NCBI GenBank assembly: GCA_034659915.1
Contig: JAYEID010000013.1
Coordinates: forward strand, 10,627 to 74,626
Source: Patescibacteria group bacterium
GTDB taxonomy: Bacteria; Patescibacteriota; WWE3; JAUXAW01; JAYEID01
Length of the DNA stretch: 64,000 nt
Reading direction: 5' to 3'
Within the stretch, counting starts at the first letter, position 1; every line of letters starts with the position of its first letter. The position numbers and the translations under genes are program-made. Of this stretch, positions 27,462 through 36,745 are shown piece by piece. The notes beneath the pieces are model-generated. The model worked only from the letters and a program-made list of their open reading frames with translations. It ran no database searches and had not been told where the DNA came from.

Positions 27462-27485
27462 CATTAATTTAGTGTATTGATATAC
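27462..27485. promoter_or_regulatory. Candidate operator / direct repeat upstream of TrpR-like gene
   Basis: cattaatttagtgtattgatatac, 22/24 identical to 27832-27855. Confidence 0.55.
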
Positions 27486-27495
27486 CGAAGGGGGT

Positions 27496-27810
27496 GTGAC
27501 TTTTGTGACGAAAATATCTCGATATGGTTTAAAAGGAGAGCAAAAAGAAAAATTTATTAAGGAGCTTTGGGATCTTTTTGCGTCCTTTGAAGATGCTGAA
27601 GCAGCCAAAAACTTTCTTGCACATTATTTAACATCTGCTGAAGTAATTATTTTTGCCAAAAGATGGCAAGCGCTCAAGTGCCTTGCGAAAAAACAATCTT
27701 ATGGTGAAATCGGAAAGAAGCTAAAAATGAGTTCGACAACTCTTTCTCGTTATAGCAATCGTATGCGGGCAAATAATAAGTTTTGCGATGAGGTAGCTCG
27801 ACGCTTGTAG
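27496..27810 (+). CDS. TrpR/YerC-like HTH regulator
   Basis: FLAHYLTSAEVIIFAKRWQALKCL...SYGEIGKKLKMSSTTLSR. Confidence 0.82.
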   Translation: MTFVTKISRYGLKGEQKEKFIKELWDLFASFEDAEAAKNFLAHYLTSAEVIIFAKRWQALKCLAKKQSYGEIGKKLKMSSTTLSRYSNRMRANNKFCDEVARRL

Positions 27811-27831
27811 AAGAGCTGCGGGGTGGTATAC

Positions 27832-27858
27832 CATTAATTTAGTTTATTGATACACTAG
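27832..27858. promoter_or_regulatory. Candidate operator / direct repeat downstream of TrpR-like gene
   Basis: cattaatttagtttattgatacacta, containing the imperfect palindrome tagtttat-tg-atacacta. Confidence 0.55.
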
Positions 27859-27974
27859 CTGGGGAGCTACGAATTAGAAGTCTGGAGAAGATATGGATGT
27901 TTTATCATGGACGTTTTATTAAAGGATTTCTATTTTTGTAATAGGACACTAGGATCTTGTGGTAGTATTTCAGC

Positions 27975-28706
27975 ATGACTCCGGAAGAATTTGTTCAAAA
28001 AGTAGTTTTTAGCTATGAACAAGGAGAGGGTGTTTTTATGGATAAGGTTAATGCAGAGGATCACTTACCTTCCAATGCTAGTGCTTTGTCCAAAGCACTT
28101 TTCCTTTTTTATGTAATTCAGTTGGATTACGCAACAAGGTCGCAGAGGTTGTATGCTAATGCGAGGAGTTTGGTTGAAGAGAATTCACGTGCGTTCAGCC
28201 CTTATTATATTTCCAGTTTGGATAACGAAGAATTGAGGGAATTACTTGATAAGTTGTCTCCTCGTTATAGCAACGAAGCAGCCCGGCGCTATAAAGTAAA
28301 CTCTTTGAAACTTCTTGAAGAATATTCTGGGGATCCCCGAATAATTTTTGAAAGCTACGGCCAGGCAGTTAAGGTGCTGGGAAGGGTTAAGGAGTTTCGC
28401 GGGTTTGGGCCCAAGATTGGTAATTTTTTTGTTCGGGCTATGGTTAATACCTTTGGTTATGAATATGATGACGTTGAGGAGTTGCTGCCTCCAGTGGATA
28501 TACATGATGTACGCATTGCTTATTTATTAGGTTTTGTGAATAATGCTGAGATGACAGGGGCAAATGTGAATAGGGTAAAAGAACTTTGGGGCTCCGCGTG
28601 TAAAAACGCCGGTGAAAGTTGGTTGGTTTTTGACAGGGCTTTATGGCTTTTGGGTTCAGAGGGTAAACCCGGTTCCAAAGATGATGTTCTAAATCTTATT
28701 AGGTAA
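27975..28706 (+). CDS. HhH-GPD-like DNA glycosylase/lyase
   Basis: EFRGFGPKIG helix-hairpin-helix, PVDIHDVRI, FDRALWLLG. Confidence 0.7.
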   Translation: MTPEEFVQKVVFSYEQGEGVFMDKVNAEDHLPSNASALSKALFLFYVIQLDYATRSQRLYANARSLVEENSRAFSPYYISSLDNEELRELLDKLSPRYSNEAARRYKVNSLKLLEEYSGDPRIIFESYGQAVKVLGRVKEFRGFGPKIGNFFVRAMVNTFGYEYDDVEELLPPVDIHDVRIAYLLGFVNNAEMTGANVNRVKELWGSACKNAGESWLVFDRALWLLGSEGKPGSKDDVLNLIR

Positions 28707-28708
28707 AA

Positions 28709-29416
28709 ATGTCTGTTGTCGCACGAAGTTTTTATAAGGGAAAGACTACGAGTATTGCTAAAAACCTTTTGGGAAAGGTTTTGGTTCGCCACGTAAAGCC
28801 CACGGAGAGTGGGTCACGTGCCACCGAAGTTGAGAATGAAATAAACAAGAAAGGAATAATCGTAGAGACGGAGGCTTATTTAGGACCGGAGGATAAGGCT
28901 TGCCATTCCTTCAGAGGGAAGACAGAAAGAACGGAGGTAATGTTTGGACCGGCGGGGCATGCTTATGTTTATTTGGTTTACGGAATTCATTATATGTTTA
29001 ATATTGTGACTGAGGCTCCGGGAGAAGCTGTTTTGGTTCGAGCACTTGAACCCCTTGGTGGTGAATTTGGTAAACGCATTGCTTCCGGTCCGGGTAAACT
29101 GACAAAGTGGCTTAATATTGATAAAAGCTTCAACGGTTGGGATTTGACCAAGGGGGAGGGGTTGTGGATTTCCCATGAGCCGCGATCTTCGCCGTACCTG
29201 CTTGCCGGCAAGGCGGGTTCCCCAGCCCATGGGGCTGCGGCCAGAGAAGCCCCAGGGGCGTCTCTTGCGGCGGAGGATTTAGACCACGGAAATTTCGAAA
29301 TTTCTTCCGCAAAAAGAGTTGGTGTAGATTACGCCGAAGAGTGGTCGGAAAAACCGCTTCGTTTTTTCATCAAAGATAATCCCGCTGTTTCTACAGCGCA
29401 GGACTCCTTATGTTAA
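28709..29416 (+). CDS. mpg: 3-methyladenine DNA glycosylase (MPG/AAG) with repeat-derived inserts
   Basis: IVETEAYLG, YVYLVYGIHY, AVLVRALEP, GPGKL, RVGV. Confidence 0.93.
   Translation: MSVVARSFYKGKTTSIAKNLLGKVLVRHVKPTESGSRATEVENEINKKGIIVETEAYLGPEDKACHSFRGKTERTEVMFGPAGHAYVYLVYGIHYMFNIVTEAPGEAVLVRALEPLGGEFGKRIASGPGKLTKWLNIDKSFNGWDLTKGEGLWISHEPRSSPYLLAGKAGSPAHGAAAREAPGASLAAEDLDHGNFEISSAKRVGVDYAEEWSEKPLRFFIKDNPAVSTAQDSLC
29191..29269 (+). repeat. 79-bp triple-hairpin element inserted in-frame in mpg
   Basis: 72/79 identical to alaS 18912-18990; same reading frame. Confidence 0.93.
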
Positions 29417-30331
29417 GTGATCAAAGCGCCAAAGGCCTACCTCTCGTGCCTTTTGTACCGCGTTTTTAAACTCTTCCTTAGTAATTGTGCGAGAAAGTTT
29501 GGGGTAATTGGATGCATTGTGTGTGGGGCGATACTGGTCCATAATATTTACGTAAGTATTTTTCGAAATTTTTTTGGCGAGGAAGTTCATCACTTGCTTT
29601 GTTCCTGCAATATTGTTGGGTAAGATTAAGTGCCGGACCAAAAGACCTTTTTTAGCAATTCCTTCATCATTTATTTTTAGGTCTCCCGCTTGATGGTGCA
29701 TTTCCTTTATAGCTTTGCGTGCTGTGTCCCAATAATCTGGTACTCCCGAATATTTTTCCCCCATTTTATTTTCCGAATATTTGATATCTGGCATGTAAAT
29801 AGCGATAACCCCTTCCAACAGTTTTAGTGTTTCAGGACGGTCGTAGCCTCCTGTGTTGTAGACGAGAGGGAGATTTAAGCCATCTTTTTTCGCAAGTGAA
29901 AGCGCTTTCAAAATTTGGGGCACCCAGATGGAGGGGGAGACGAGGTTGATATTGTGACAGCCTTGTTTTTGTAACTTGAGCATTGTTTGTGCTAATTCTT
30001 GAATAGTGATAACTTGCCCCATTCTTTGTTGAGAAATCCTAAAGTTTTGGCAGTACACACAGGAGAGGTTACAAGAAGTGAAGAAAATGGTTCCGGAACC
30101 GTTGTGACCCACAAGACATTTTTCCTCACCAAAGTGGGGGTGAGCAGAAGATATTACTGGAGCTTCCCTCATACCACAGATCCCGGTAGGTGCGTTTTTA
30201 TCGGTCCGGCTAACTCCACATTCCCAAGGACAAATTTGGCATGGAGCTAATAATTCTTGTCCCCTTTCAATTTTATGCTTCCAATCCTTTTTGGAAAGTG
30301 ACAGATATTTTGGTTTCATCATTTTTATCAT
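29408..30331 (-). CDS. Radical SAM protein (PflX-like); real start probably ATG 30319
   Basis: CNLSCVYCQN CxxxCxxC motif, HFGEE, YMPDIKY, VRHLILP. Confidence 0.9.
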   Translation of the reverse strand: MIKMMKPKYLSLSKKDWKHKIERGQELLAPCQICPWECGVSRTDKNAPTGICGMREAPVISSAHPHFGEEKCLVGHNGSGTIFFTSCNLSCVYCQNFRISQQRMGQVITIQELAQTMLKLQKQGCHNINLVSPSIWVPQILKALSLAKKDGLNLPLVYNTGGYDRPETLKLLEGVIAIYMPDIKYSENKMGEKYSGVPDYWDTARKAIKEMHHQAGDLKINDEGIAKKGLLVRHLILPNNIAGTKQVMNFLAKKISKNTYVNIMDQYRPTHNASNYPKLSRTITKEEFKNAVQKAREVGLWRFDHLT

Positions 30332-30414
30332 AGCAAATAACCTGTTTTTTAGTAGTTTGGCTTTTAGTATGGAAAATTAGTATAATGCGAAGACAACTGT
30401 GTTAAAATAAATTT

Positions 30415-30833
30415 GTGAAGGAACTAGAGTTTGAGACAAATCGAAAGTACCAGCTAATAGACATAACTTCGGAGGTAGAGGAGGTCGTTGTTAATGCTGG
30501 TGTAGAAGAAGGTCTGTGTCTTGTTTTTGTGCCCACGCCACAGCAGCAATAATTTTGGAAGAAAATGAAAGCGGATTGAAGCAGGACTTTGTTAAGTTCT
30601 TTAAGAACTTAGCAGAGAAAGAAGGCTGGAAACATGATTGTATTGATGACAACGCCTCAGCGCATTTATTGGCAGGGTTTATTGGACAGTCTCGTGTTTT
30701 ACCAATTTCCGAAGGTGAGCTTGTACGCGGTACTTGGCAAAATATTTTTCTTGTGGAGTTAGACGGCCCACGCAGATTGCGGCGTGTTTGTATTTCTATT
30801 CAACCCGGAAATGGAAAGTATCAAAGAATTTAA
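30415..30833 (+). pseudogene. yjbQ: YjbQ/UPF0047 family protein, 1-nt frameshift
   Basis: MKELEFETN...LCLVFVP from GTG 30415 continues as HATAAI...GTWQNIFLVELDGPR in another frame; one C missing at ~30532-30534. Confidence 0.8.
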
Positions 30834-31149
30834 GAAAAACAATAAATTCCTTAGCGAGTTCTTCTCCTTTCTAAAGGAGTATAAGATTATTGGGTTGGGT
30901 ATAGCTGTTGTTGTTGGTGGGGCTGTGCGGGACCTTTCTACTTCTTTAGCTGAAGATATAATTATGCCTATTGTTGAGGTTTTGATCCCTGGTGGTGGCT
31001 GGCGGGAAGCGGTGCTAAAGATTGGTCCGGTTCAGTTATCTATCGGCAGCTTTTTGGGTTCAGTTATTGATTTTCTAATTATTGCATTAGTAGTTTTTAT
31101 TTTCTACAAATTTATTTTAGGGAAAGAAGAGATTGATAAGGTTGGTTAG
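30811..31149 (+). CDS. mscL: MscL-family mechanosensitive channel
   Basis: EFFSFLKEYKIIGLGIAVVVG...DIIMP...GSFLGSVIDFLIIA. Confidence 0.85.
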   Translation: MESIKEFKKNNKFLSEFFSFLKEYKIIGLGIAVVVGGAVRDLSTSLAEDIIMPIVEVLIPGGGWREAVLKIGPVQLSIGSFLGSVIDFLIIALVVFIFYKFILGKEEIDKVG

Positions 31150-31395
31150 TTAGAGAGGTTAGCAAACCCCTAAGTTTCTCAACAGTTTTTGTTGAAACAC
31201 CTTCCCAAAGCCCTTTTATCTGTTTCCTGTTTTTAGCTTCCGGCTTCTATACTTTAGTACTTAAAATTTTGAATTTGAAATTTAGAAATTGAAGTCCGTC
31301 TTAATTTTTGTATTAACAGAGTTCGGGTTTTACCGAGACCATTGCTGTAAACATCTGCCTGTGTTATCATCTTTTCCTAGAAAGGCAATTTTATT

Positions 31396-32694
31396 ATGAT
31401 CCAAACGGAATTTTCAGCAGCATTGAACCAAGTTTGTGCTGAACGAGGTTTAGAGCCAGAAAAAGTATTAGAAGCGGTAGAAGAAGCCCTTCTTACAGCT
31501 TATCTTAAAGATCATCCCGAGGTGGAAAGTGAGTCCGAATCCTTTGAAGTTAAATTGGATCCGGAAACAGGTGAGGCACGTATTTTGAAGGAGGGTGATG
31601 ATGTGACACCTTCGGGGTTTGGACGCATTGCAGCTCAGACAGCAAAGCAAATTATTTTTCAGAGAGTTCGCGAGGCAGAGAAGGAGGCTTTAGCAGGGGA
31701 ATATGAGAAAAAAATAGGTGCTATTGTGAATGGTTATATTTTTAGGAAGGATAAAGGTGTAGTTGTTTTGGATCTGGAGCGTACTCAGGGAATTATGCCT
31801 CCGGGAGAGCAGGTTCCGGGCGAGAATTATTCTTTGAACCAGCAGCTCAAGGTTTTGGTAGCTGAGGTGCGCGAAGGTCCGCGAGGTCCTGAAGTAATAG
31901 TTTCTAGATCTAGACCTGAGTTTGTGAAACAGCTTTTTGTATTGGAAGTTCCAGAAATAGATTCCGGTACGGTAGTGATAGAGGCAGTGGCGAGAGAAGC
32001 AGGGCAAAGGACCAAGATTGCAGCTTCTTCTGCAAGTAAAAATGTGGATCCTGTAGGTTCTTTGGTAGGTCAAAAAGGCGTACGTGTTCAATCTGTGATT
32101 AGGGAATTAGGTCATGAGAAGATTGATATTATTGAGTATAGTGCAGATCCAGCCCGGTTTATTGCTAATGCCCTTTCTCCGGCAGATGTAACAAGTGTAG
32201 TTTTGGATGAAGAAACAGAAACAGCAACCGTTTCTGTTCCAGAGGACCAGCTATCTTTGGCAATTGGTAAAGGTGGTCAAAATGTGAGGTTAGCCGCTAA
32301 ATTAACAGGTTGGCGTATTGATATTCGTGGTCCTGAGGGCCAGCCGTTGGGTAGTGGTGTTGAAGGTGCTACAAGTTTAGAGGTGTTGGACCTTCCTACT
32401 CGAGTGGAAAATTGTTTGGAGGAAGCAGGGTTTTCTACAGTCGAAGAATTAGCTTCTCTGTCCGAGGAGGAGTTAAGTGAAATGGAGGGAATTGGGGCTA
32501 AATCTATTGAGAAAATTGTGAAAGCTTTAGAAACAGCAGATTTAGAGGAAGCGGGGGAAGAGGATAAAGAAAGTGAAGATGAGGATAGTGAAAATGTGCT
32601 TGAAGAGGAAATAGAGGAAGAAGGTGTTGAGGAGGAAAGGGAACCGGAGGACGAGGAGGAAAAGGAAAAAGATGTGGAAAAGCAGGAAAATTAA
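31396..32694 (+). CDS. nusA: Transcription factor NusA with C-terminal alpha-CTD-like HhH domain and acidic tail
   Basis: FGRIAAQTAKQ, AREAGQRTKIA, LAIGKGGQNVRLAAKLTGW. Confidence 0.97.
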   Translation: MIQTEFSAALNQVCAERGLEPEKVLEAVEEALLTAYLKDHPEVESESESFEVKLDPETGEARILKEGDDVTPSGFGRIAAQTAKQIIFQRVREAEKEALAGEYEKKIGAIVNGYIFRKDKGVVVLDLERTQGIMPPGEQVPGENYSLNQQLKVLVAEVREGPRGPEVIVSRSRPEFVKQLFVLEVPEIDSGTVVIEAVAREAGQRTKIAASSASKNVDPVGSLVGQKGVRVQSVIRELGHEKIDIIEYSADPARFIANALSPADVTSVVLDEETETATVSVPEDQLSLAIGKGGQNVRLAAKLTGWRIDIRGPEGQPLGSGVEGATSLEVLDLPTRVENCLEEAGFSTVEELASLSEEELSEMEGIGAKSIEKIVKALETADLEEAGEEDKESEDEDSENVLEEEIEEEGVEEEREPEDEEEKEKDVEKQEN

Positions 32695-32807
32695 ACCAGG
32701 TAAGGAATAAACCTTTTTGGACACAGGTAAAAAAGTTAAATTAGGCAGGATTAATTAGGTCAATTTTAAGAAATTGTTGTGAATTGTAAATACGTTAGCA
32801 AAATCAA

Positions 32808-34265
32808 ATGTCAGAAGAAAGCCCCGCCAAAAATTTGGTTCCGCGTCCCCCTGTGGTTACTCTTCTTGGCCATGTAGACCATGGCAAAACCTCTCTTTTG
32901 TCAAGAATTAAAGATCAAGATCTAACTCTCAAAGAGTTTGGTGGTATTTCTCAACACACTAATGCATACCAAGTAACTACAGAATTTGAGGGAGAAGAGA
33001 AGAAAATTACTTTTATTGATACTCCTGGGCATGCTGCTTTTTCGAAAATGCGGTCTCGCGGTGGACAAATTGCTGATCTTGTCATTCTTGTGGTAGCAGC
33101 AGATGACGGTGTCCAACCTCAGACTAAGGAGGCTGTTCAATTTGCGCGGGAAGCAGGTGTAGAAATAATGGTCGCATTGAACAAAATAGATTTAGATCAC
33201 GCTCGACCAGAGGAAGTAAAACAAGAACTCACTGAACTTGGATTGAATCCTGAAGATTGGGGCGGTACTACAACAATTATTGAAACTTCTGCTATAAGTG
33301 GAAAGGGTGTGGAGGAGCTTTTGGAAATGATCTTGCTTTGGGCAGAAACTACTGGGTTAGTGGCTGATATTGAAGCTCCCTTTGATGGTGTAATTGTTGA
33401 ATCGCATTTAGACCCTCGTTGTGGACCAGTAGCAACTGTGCTGGTGCGAGAAGGGATGTTGAAGAAAAGTATGGTAGTTTATGCTGGTGAAACAGAAGCT
33501 AAGGTTAAAGCAATGTTTCTAGGTAAAGAAGGTGTGGAAAAAGCGATGCCTGCTGATCCCGTGGAGGTGTTGGGTTTTAAAGATGTACCTACAGTAGGAA
33601 GTCCAGTTTCGGAAGAGAAGGTGCAGCACGAGAAGGGGAGGAGAAAGATGCTGATTGATTTAAATAAGAAGGATGAAAAGACCCTAAATTTGGTGCTTAA
33701 AGCAGATGCGGTGGGAACAGCACAAGCGGTAGAAGCTTCGGTAGAAAATATTAGCATGGGAGATTTTAAAACGCAGATTGTACACTGTGGAGTGGGAAGT
33801 ATTACGGAAAATGATATTCGCTTGGCTGCGGATTCTGATGCATATGTTCTTGCTTTTAACACCAGTTTTTCCTTAGGTGCGGAGAATCTTGCGGAGGAGT
33901 TGGGTGTTCCAGTGGCAAAGTTCAATATTATTTATAAGTTGATTGAAAGAGTTAACGACCTGCTTGAGGAAAAGAAAAGGGAATATGAAGGTCAGCTTCC
34001 GGGTATGGGTCAGGTTATTAAGGTTTTTACTCTCCCCCTTTCTGATGACAAGATAGCTGGTTCCAGACTCTTAGCTGGTTCGATGGAGGTGGGAGACCGA
34101 GTAAAGATTACTAGAGATGCTGATGAAGTTCATAAAGCGCGAATTAAATCTATAGAGAGTAAAAGGGAGGAAGTTGAAAAAGCAGTGAAAGGTCAGGAAG
34201 TTGGCCTTTACCTCAAGCCCCAGTTCAAAAACATTAAAGTAGGAGATGTTATTGAGGTAATTTGA
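32808..34265 (+). CDS. infB: Translation initiation factor IF-2 (short form)
   Basis: [28 protein letters not shown]; 485 aa, no N-terminal domain. Confidence 0.93.
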   Translation: MSEESPAKNLVPRPPVVTLLGHVDHGKTSLLSRIKDQDLTLKEFGGISQHTNAYQVTTEFEGEEKKITFIDTPGHAAFSKMRSRGGQIADLVILVVAADDGVQPQTKEAVQFAREAGVEIMVALNKIDLDHARPEEVKQELTELGLNPEDWGGTTTIIETSAISGKGVEELLEMILLWAETTGLVADIEAPFDGVIVESHLDPRCGPVATVLVREGMLKKSMVVYAGETEAKVKAMFLGKEGVEKAMPADPVEVLGFKDVPTVGSPVSEEKVQHEKGRRKMLIDLNKKDEKTLNLVLKADAVGTAQAVEASVENISMGDFKTQIVHCGVGSITENDIRLAADSDAYVLAFNTSFSLGAENLAEELGVPVAKFNIIYKLIERVNDLLEEKKREYEGQLPGMGQVIKVFTLPLSDDKIAGSRLLAGSMEVGDRVKITRDADEVHKARIKSIESKREEVEKAVKGQEVGLYLKPQFKNIKVGDVIEVI

Positions 34266-34439
34266 TTAAGAATTAGTAACTGGTAACTTGTTACAGGTTA
34301 AGAGTTAAAATGGGTTGTTACTAGTTACGAGTCTCGTGTTACCAATTTCTATTTTCCTCCTTTCCGCACAATTTTGTTATACCAACACCTATTAACTAAC
34401 TAGTAATGTTTCTTCTGTAGTAATTCTCTGGCAAGCTGC

Positions 34440-35393
34440 TTAGGATTTCCTCAGTTTTTTTAACAAATCTCGTTCTTTTTTCGATAAGCTTTTTGGAATT
34501 CTAATATTTATTTTTACATAAGCGTCCCCCCTACCCCGTCCGTGAAGATAAGGCATACCTTTTCCTCTAAGGCGAAAAACATCTCCAGGTTGGGTGCCGG
34601 CAGGAATTTTTAGTTTGGATATTTCCACGGCGTTAGGCTTTTGGGGGTCAACGACCTTGACCGGGACTTCGGTTCCCAGCATAGCGTCAATTGCTGAAGT
34701 TTCCTTTTCAATATAGATGTCCGACCCTCGTAATGTGATTCCGGGTGGTGTTTGTACTCTTACACGCACATAAAGGTCGCCTTGCGGGAGTTTGTGACCT
34801 TCTCTATCCCGTGCTTGTCCGCCCGCCCCGGCAAATTTTAGTTCCAACCCATCCCGTGCTCCTTCGGGAATTCGGATTTTTATCTCCCGCCCGTTGTAAT
34901 TAATTTTCTCCTGAGTTCCTTTTACAGCCTTGGGAAAATCTATAGTGATTTCCGCACGTAGGTCTTTTCCCTTTCTTTTACGACGGAACCCGCTAAAGGG
35001 AGACCCACCGCCAAAAAAAGTTGAAAATGCGTCCCCGAAAAGATCTTCAAAATCAATATCCTCTCCGCCGCTGGTATAGGTGTAAGTAAACGGCCCTTGC
35101 CGTCTGCCCCCTGAGGTTTGACCAAACCCAAAGGGCCCGCCGCCGCCAAATCCTTGTCCAAAACCTCCGGTTTCCGAAAAAGCCGCATCGCCAAACTGGT
35201 CATAGGCTTGTTTCTTTTTAGGATCTGACAAAACTTGGTAAGCTTCGTTTATCTTTTTGAAGCGTTCTTCGTCCTTCTCACTAGATTTTGCATCTGGGTG
35301 ATACTTCTTAGCCTTTTCCCGGTAAGCTTTCTTTATTTCCTCTTGATTTGCATTTTTTGACACGCCTAAAATGTCATAATAGTTTTTAGCCAT
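34440..35393 (-). CDS. dnaJ: DnaJ-class chaperone without zinc finger (class B / CbpA-like)
   Basis: J-domain with HPD, G/F region, C-terminal domains, no CxxCxGxG. Confidence 0.88.
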   Translation of the reverse strand: MAKNYYDILGVSKNANQEEIKKAYREKAKKYHPDAKSSEKDEERFKKINEAYQVLSDPKKKQAYDQFGDAAFSETGGFGQGFGGGGPFGFGQTSGGRRQGPFTYTYTSGGEDIDFEDLFGDAFSTFFGGGSPFSGFRRKRKGKDLRAEITIDFPKAVKGTQEKINYNGREIKIRIPEGARDGLELKFAGAGGQARDREGHKLPQGDLYVRVRVQTPPGITLRGSDIYIEKETSAIDAMLGTEVPVKVVDPQKPNAVEISKLKIPAGTQPGDVFRLRGKGMPYLHGRGRGDAYVKINIRIPKSLSKKERDLLKKLRKS

Positions 35394-35590
35394 TGCTTTT
35401 AAATTTTAACAAGAAACGCCCCAATTTTTAAGTGGTGGTAGCGGTTTTCCTATAGAAGAAATTTGGCTTTGGTATAATAAAGTCAGGTTACTGAGTAGTA
35501 TTGGGTTGGGATGTTGATTGTCTACCTTGCGTATTTAATCTTTTGGTTTTCAATTGGGTATGATAGGATGTGCTGGTAGAAAAAAAAAGA

Positions 35591-36604
35591 ATGTCTAAGT
35601 TTTTAAAAGTTACAATCTTCTTCCTCTTTTTACTTCCCATTTTGTTTTTTGGGGCTCGTGCTTATTATAAATTTGCCTTAAATCGGGAAGCGCAAATAGA
35701 TACTCCTAAGACTATAATTATTGAACCCGGGATGGGAATTTCTGAGATTGCAACACTTTTAAGTGATCAGGGTGTTATTAATTCCGAAGTTCTTTTTATA
35801 ATTTATGTCAAGCTTAATCACGGGAGCGCAAAATTACAGGCTGGCGAGTATCAAATTCCTGCTGACTTAAACTTGAAAGAGGTGGTTGAGCTATTGCAGC
35901 ATGGTACATTTGATATTAACCTCACTTTTTTGGAAGGGTGGCGTCGGGAGCAAATGGCAGAGTACTTACAAAAGGACCCACGTGCTCGAGGATTGGAGAA
36001 TATTTCTGGTGATGAGTTTTTGGCTTTGACCCAAGGCGAAGAAGGTTATTTATTTCCAGATACGTACCGTATTCCAAGAGATACTAGTACAAAAGAGCTG
36101 GTAGATCTAATGCGTAAAACTTTTGCGGAGAAAGTTGGAGAGGATCTTAGAGAAGATGCCAAAGAGACAGGTTTGTCCTTTCCAGAAGTGATTGTTTTGG
36201 CTTCTGTAGTGGAAAGAGAAGTACCTTCTGCTGAAGACCGTTCCAAAGTTGCGGGTATTTTGATTAAGAGGTTGCAAAATAATTGGCCCTTGGAAGCAGA
36301 TGCGACTGTTCAATACGCGGTGGCGAATGTTAGGTGTGGTGAGGGTAGTTTGGAGTGTGAGAATTGGTGGCCAAATCAACTAACTAAGACTGATTTGGCA
36401 TTAGATGATCCCTATAATACTCGAAAACATAAAGGTCTTCCTCCCGCTCCAATTTGCAATCCGGGCATTGATTCTATAAAGGCAGTGGTTAATTACGAAA
36501 AATCTCCGTATTGGTTTTATCTTTCTGATAAAGAGGGAAATACGCACTACTCTAAAACCCTTGACGAGCACCAGCAGAAGGTGTTAAAGTACTTGAGCGG
36601 CTAA
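35591..36604 (+). CDS. mltG: Endolytic transglycosylase MltG (YceG)
   Basis: EGYLFPDTY, LASVVERE, LEADAT, YNTRKHKGLPPAPICNPG. Confidence 0.93.
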   Translation: MSKFLKVTIFFLFLLPILFFGARAYYKFALNREAQIDTPKTIIIEPGMGISEIATLLSDQGVINSEVLFIIYVKLNHGSAKLQAGEYQIPADLNLKEVVELLQHGTFDINLTFLEGWRREQMAEYLQKDPRARGLENISGDEFLALTQGEEGYLFPDTYRIPRDTSTKELVDLMRKTFAEKVGEDLREDAKETGLSFPEVIVLASVVEREVPSAEDRSKVAGILIKRLQNNWPLEADATVQYAVANVRCGEGSLECENWWPNQLTKTDLALDDPYNTRKHKGLPPAPICNPGIDSIKAVVNYEKSPYWFYLSDKEGNTHYSKTLDEHQQKVLKYLSG

Positions 36605-36660
36605 AGGTTATTCCTTGCTGAGCTAAGGTAAATATTGATGTTTAATAGGTGGCCAGACGG

Positions 36661-36689
36661 GCGCAAACCTGATTTGCGCTTGCTTTTTT
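36661..36689 (+). terminator. Terminator/attenuator-like hairpin between mltG and rpoB
   Basis: gcgcaaa-cctga-tttgcgc followed by ttgctttttt. Confidence 0.5.
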
Positions 36690-36745
36690 ATTGTTTACCT
36701 TAGAAATAATTTTGGAATTATTTTAGACAGAAACTCCTCTACTTT

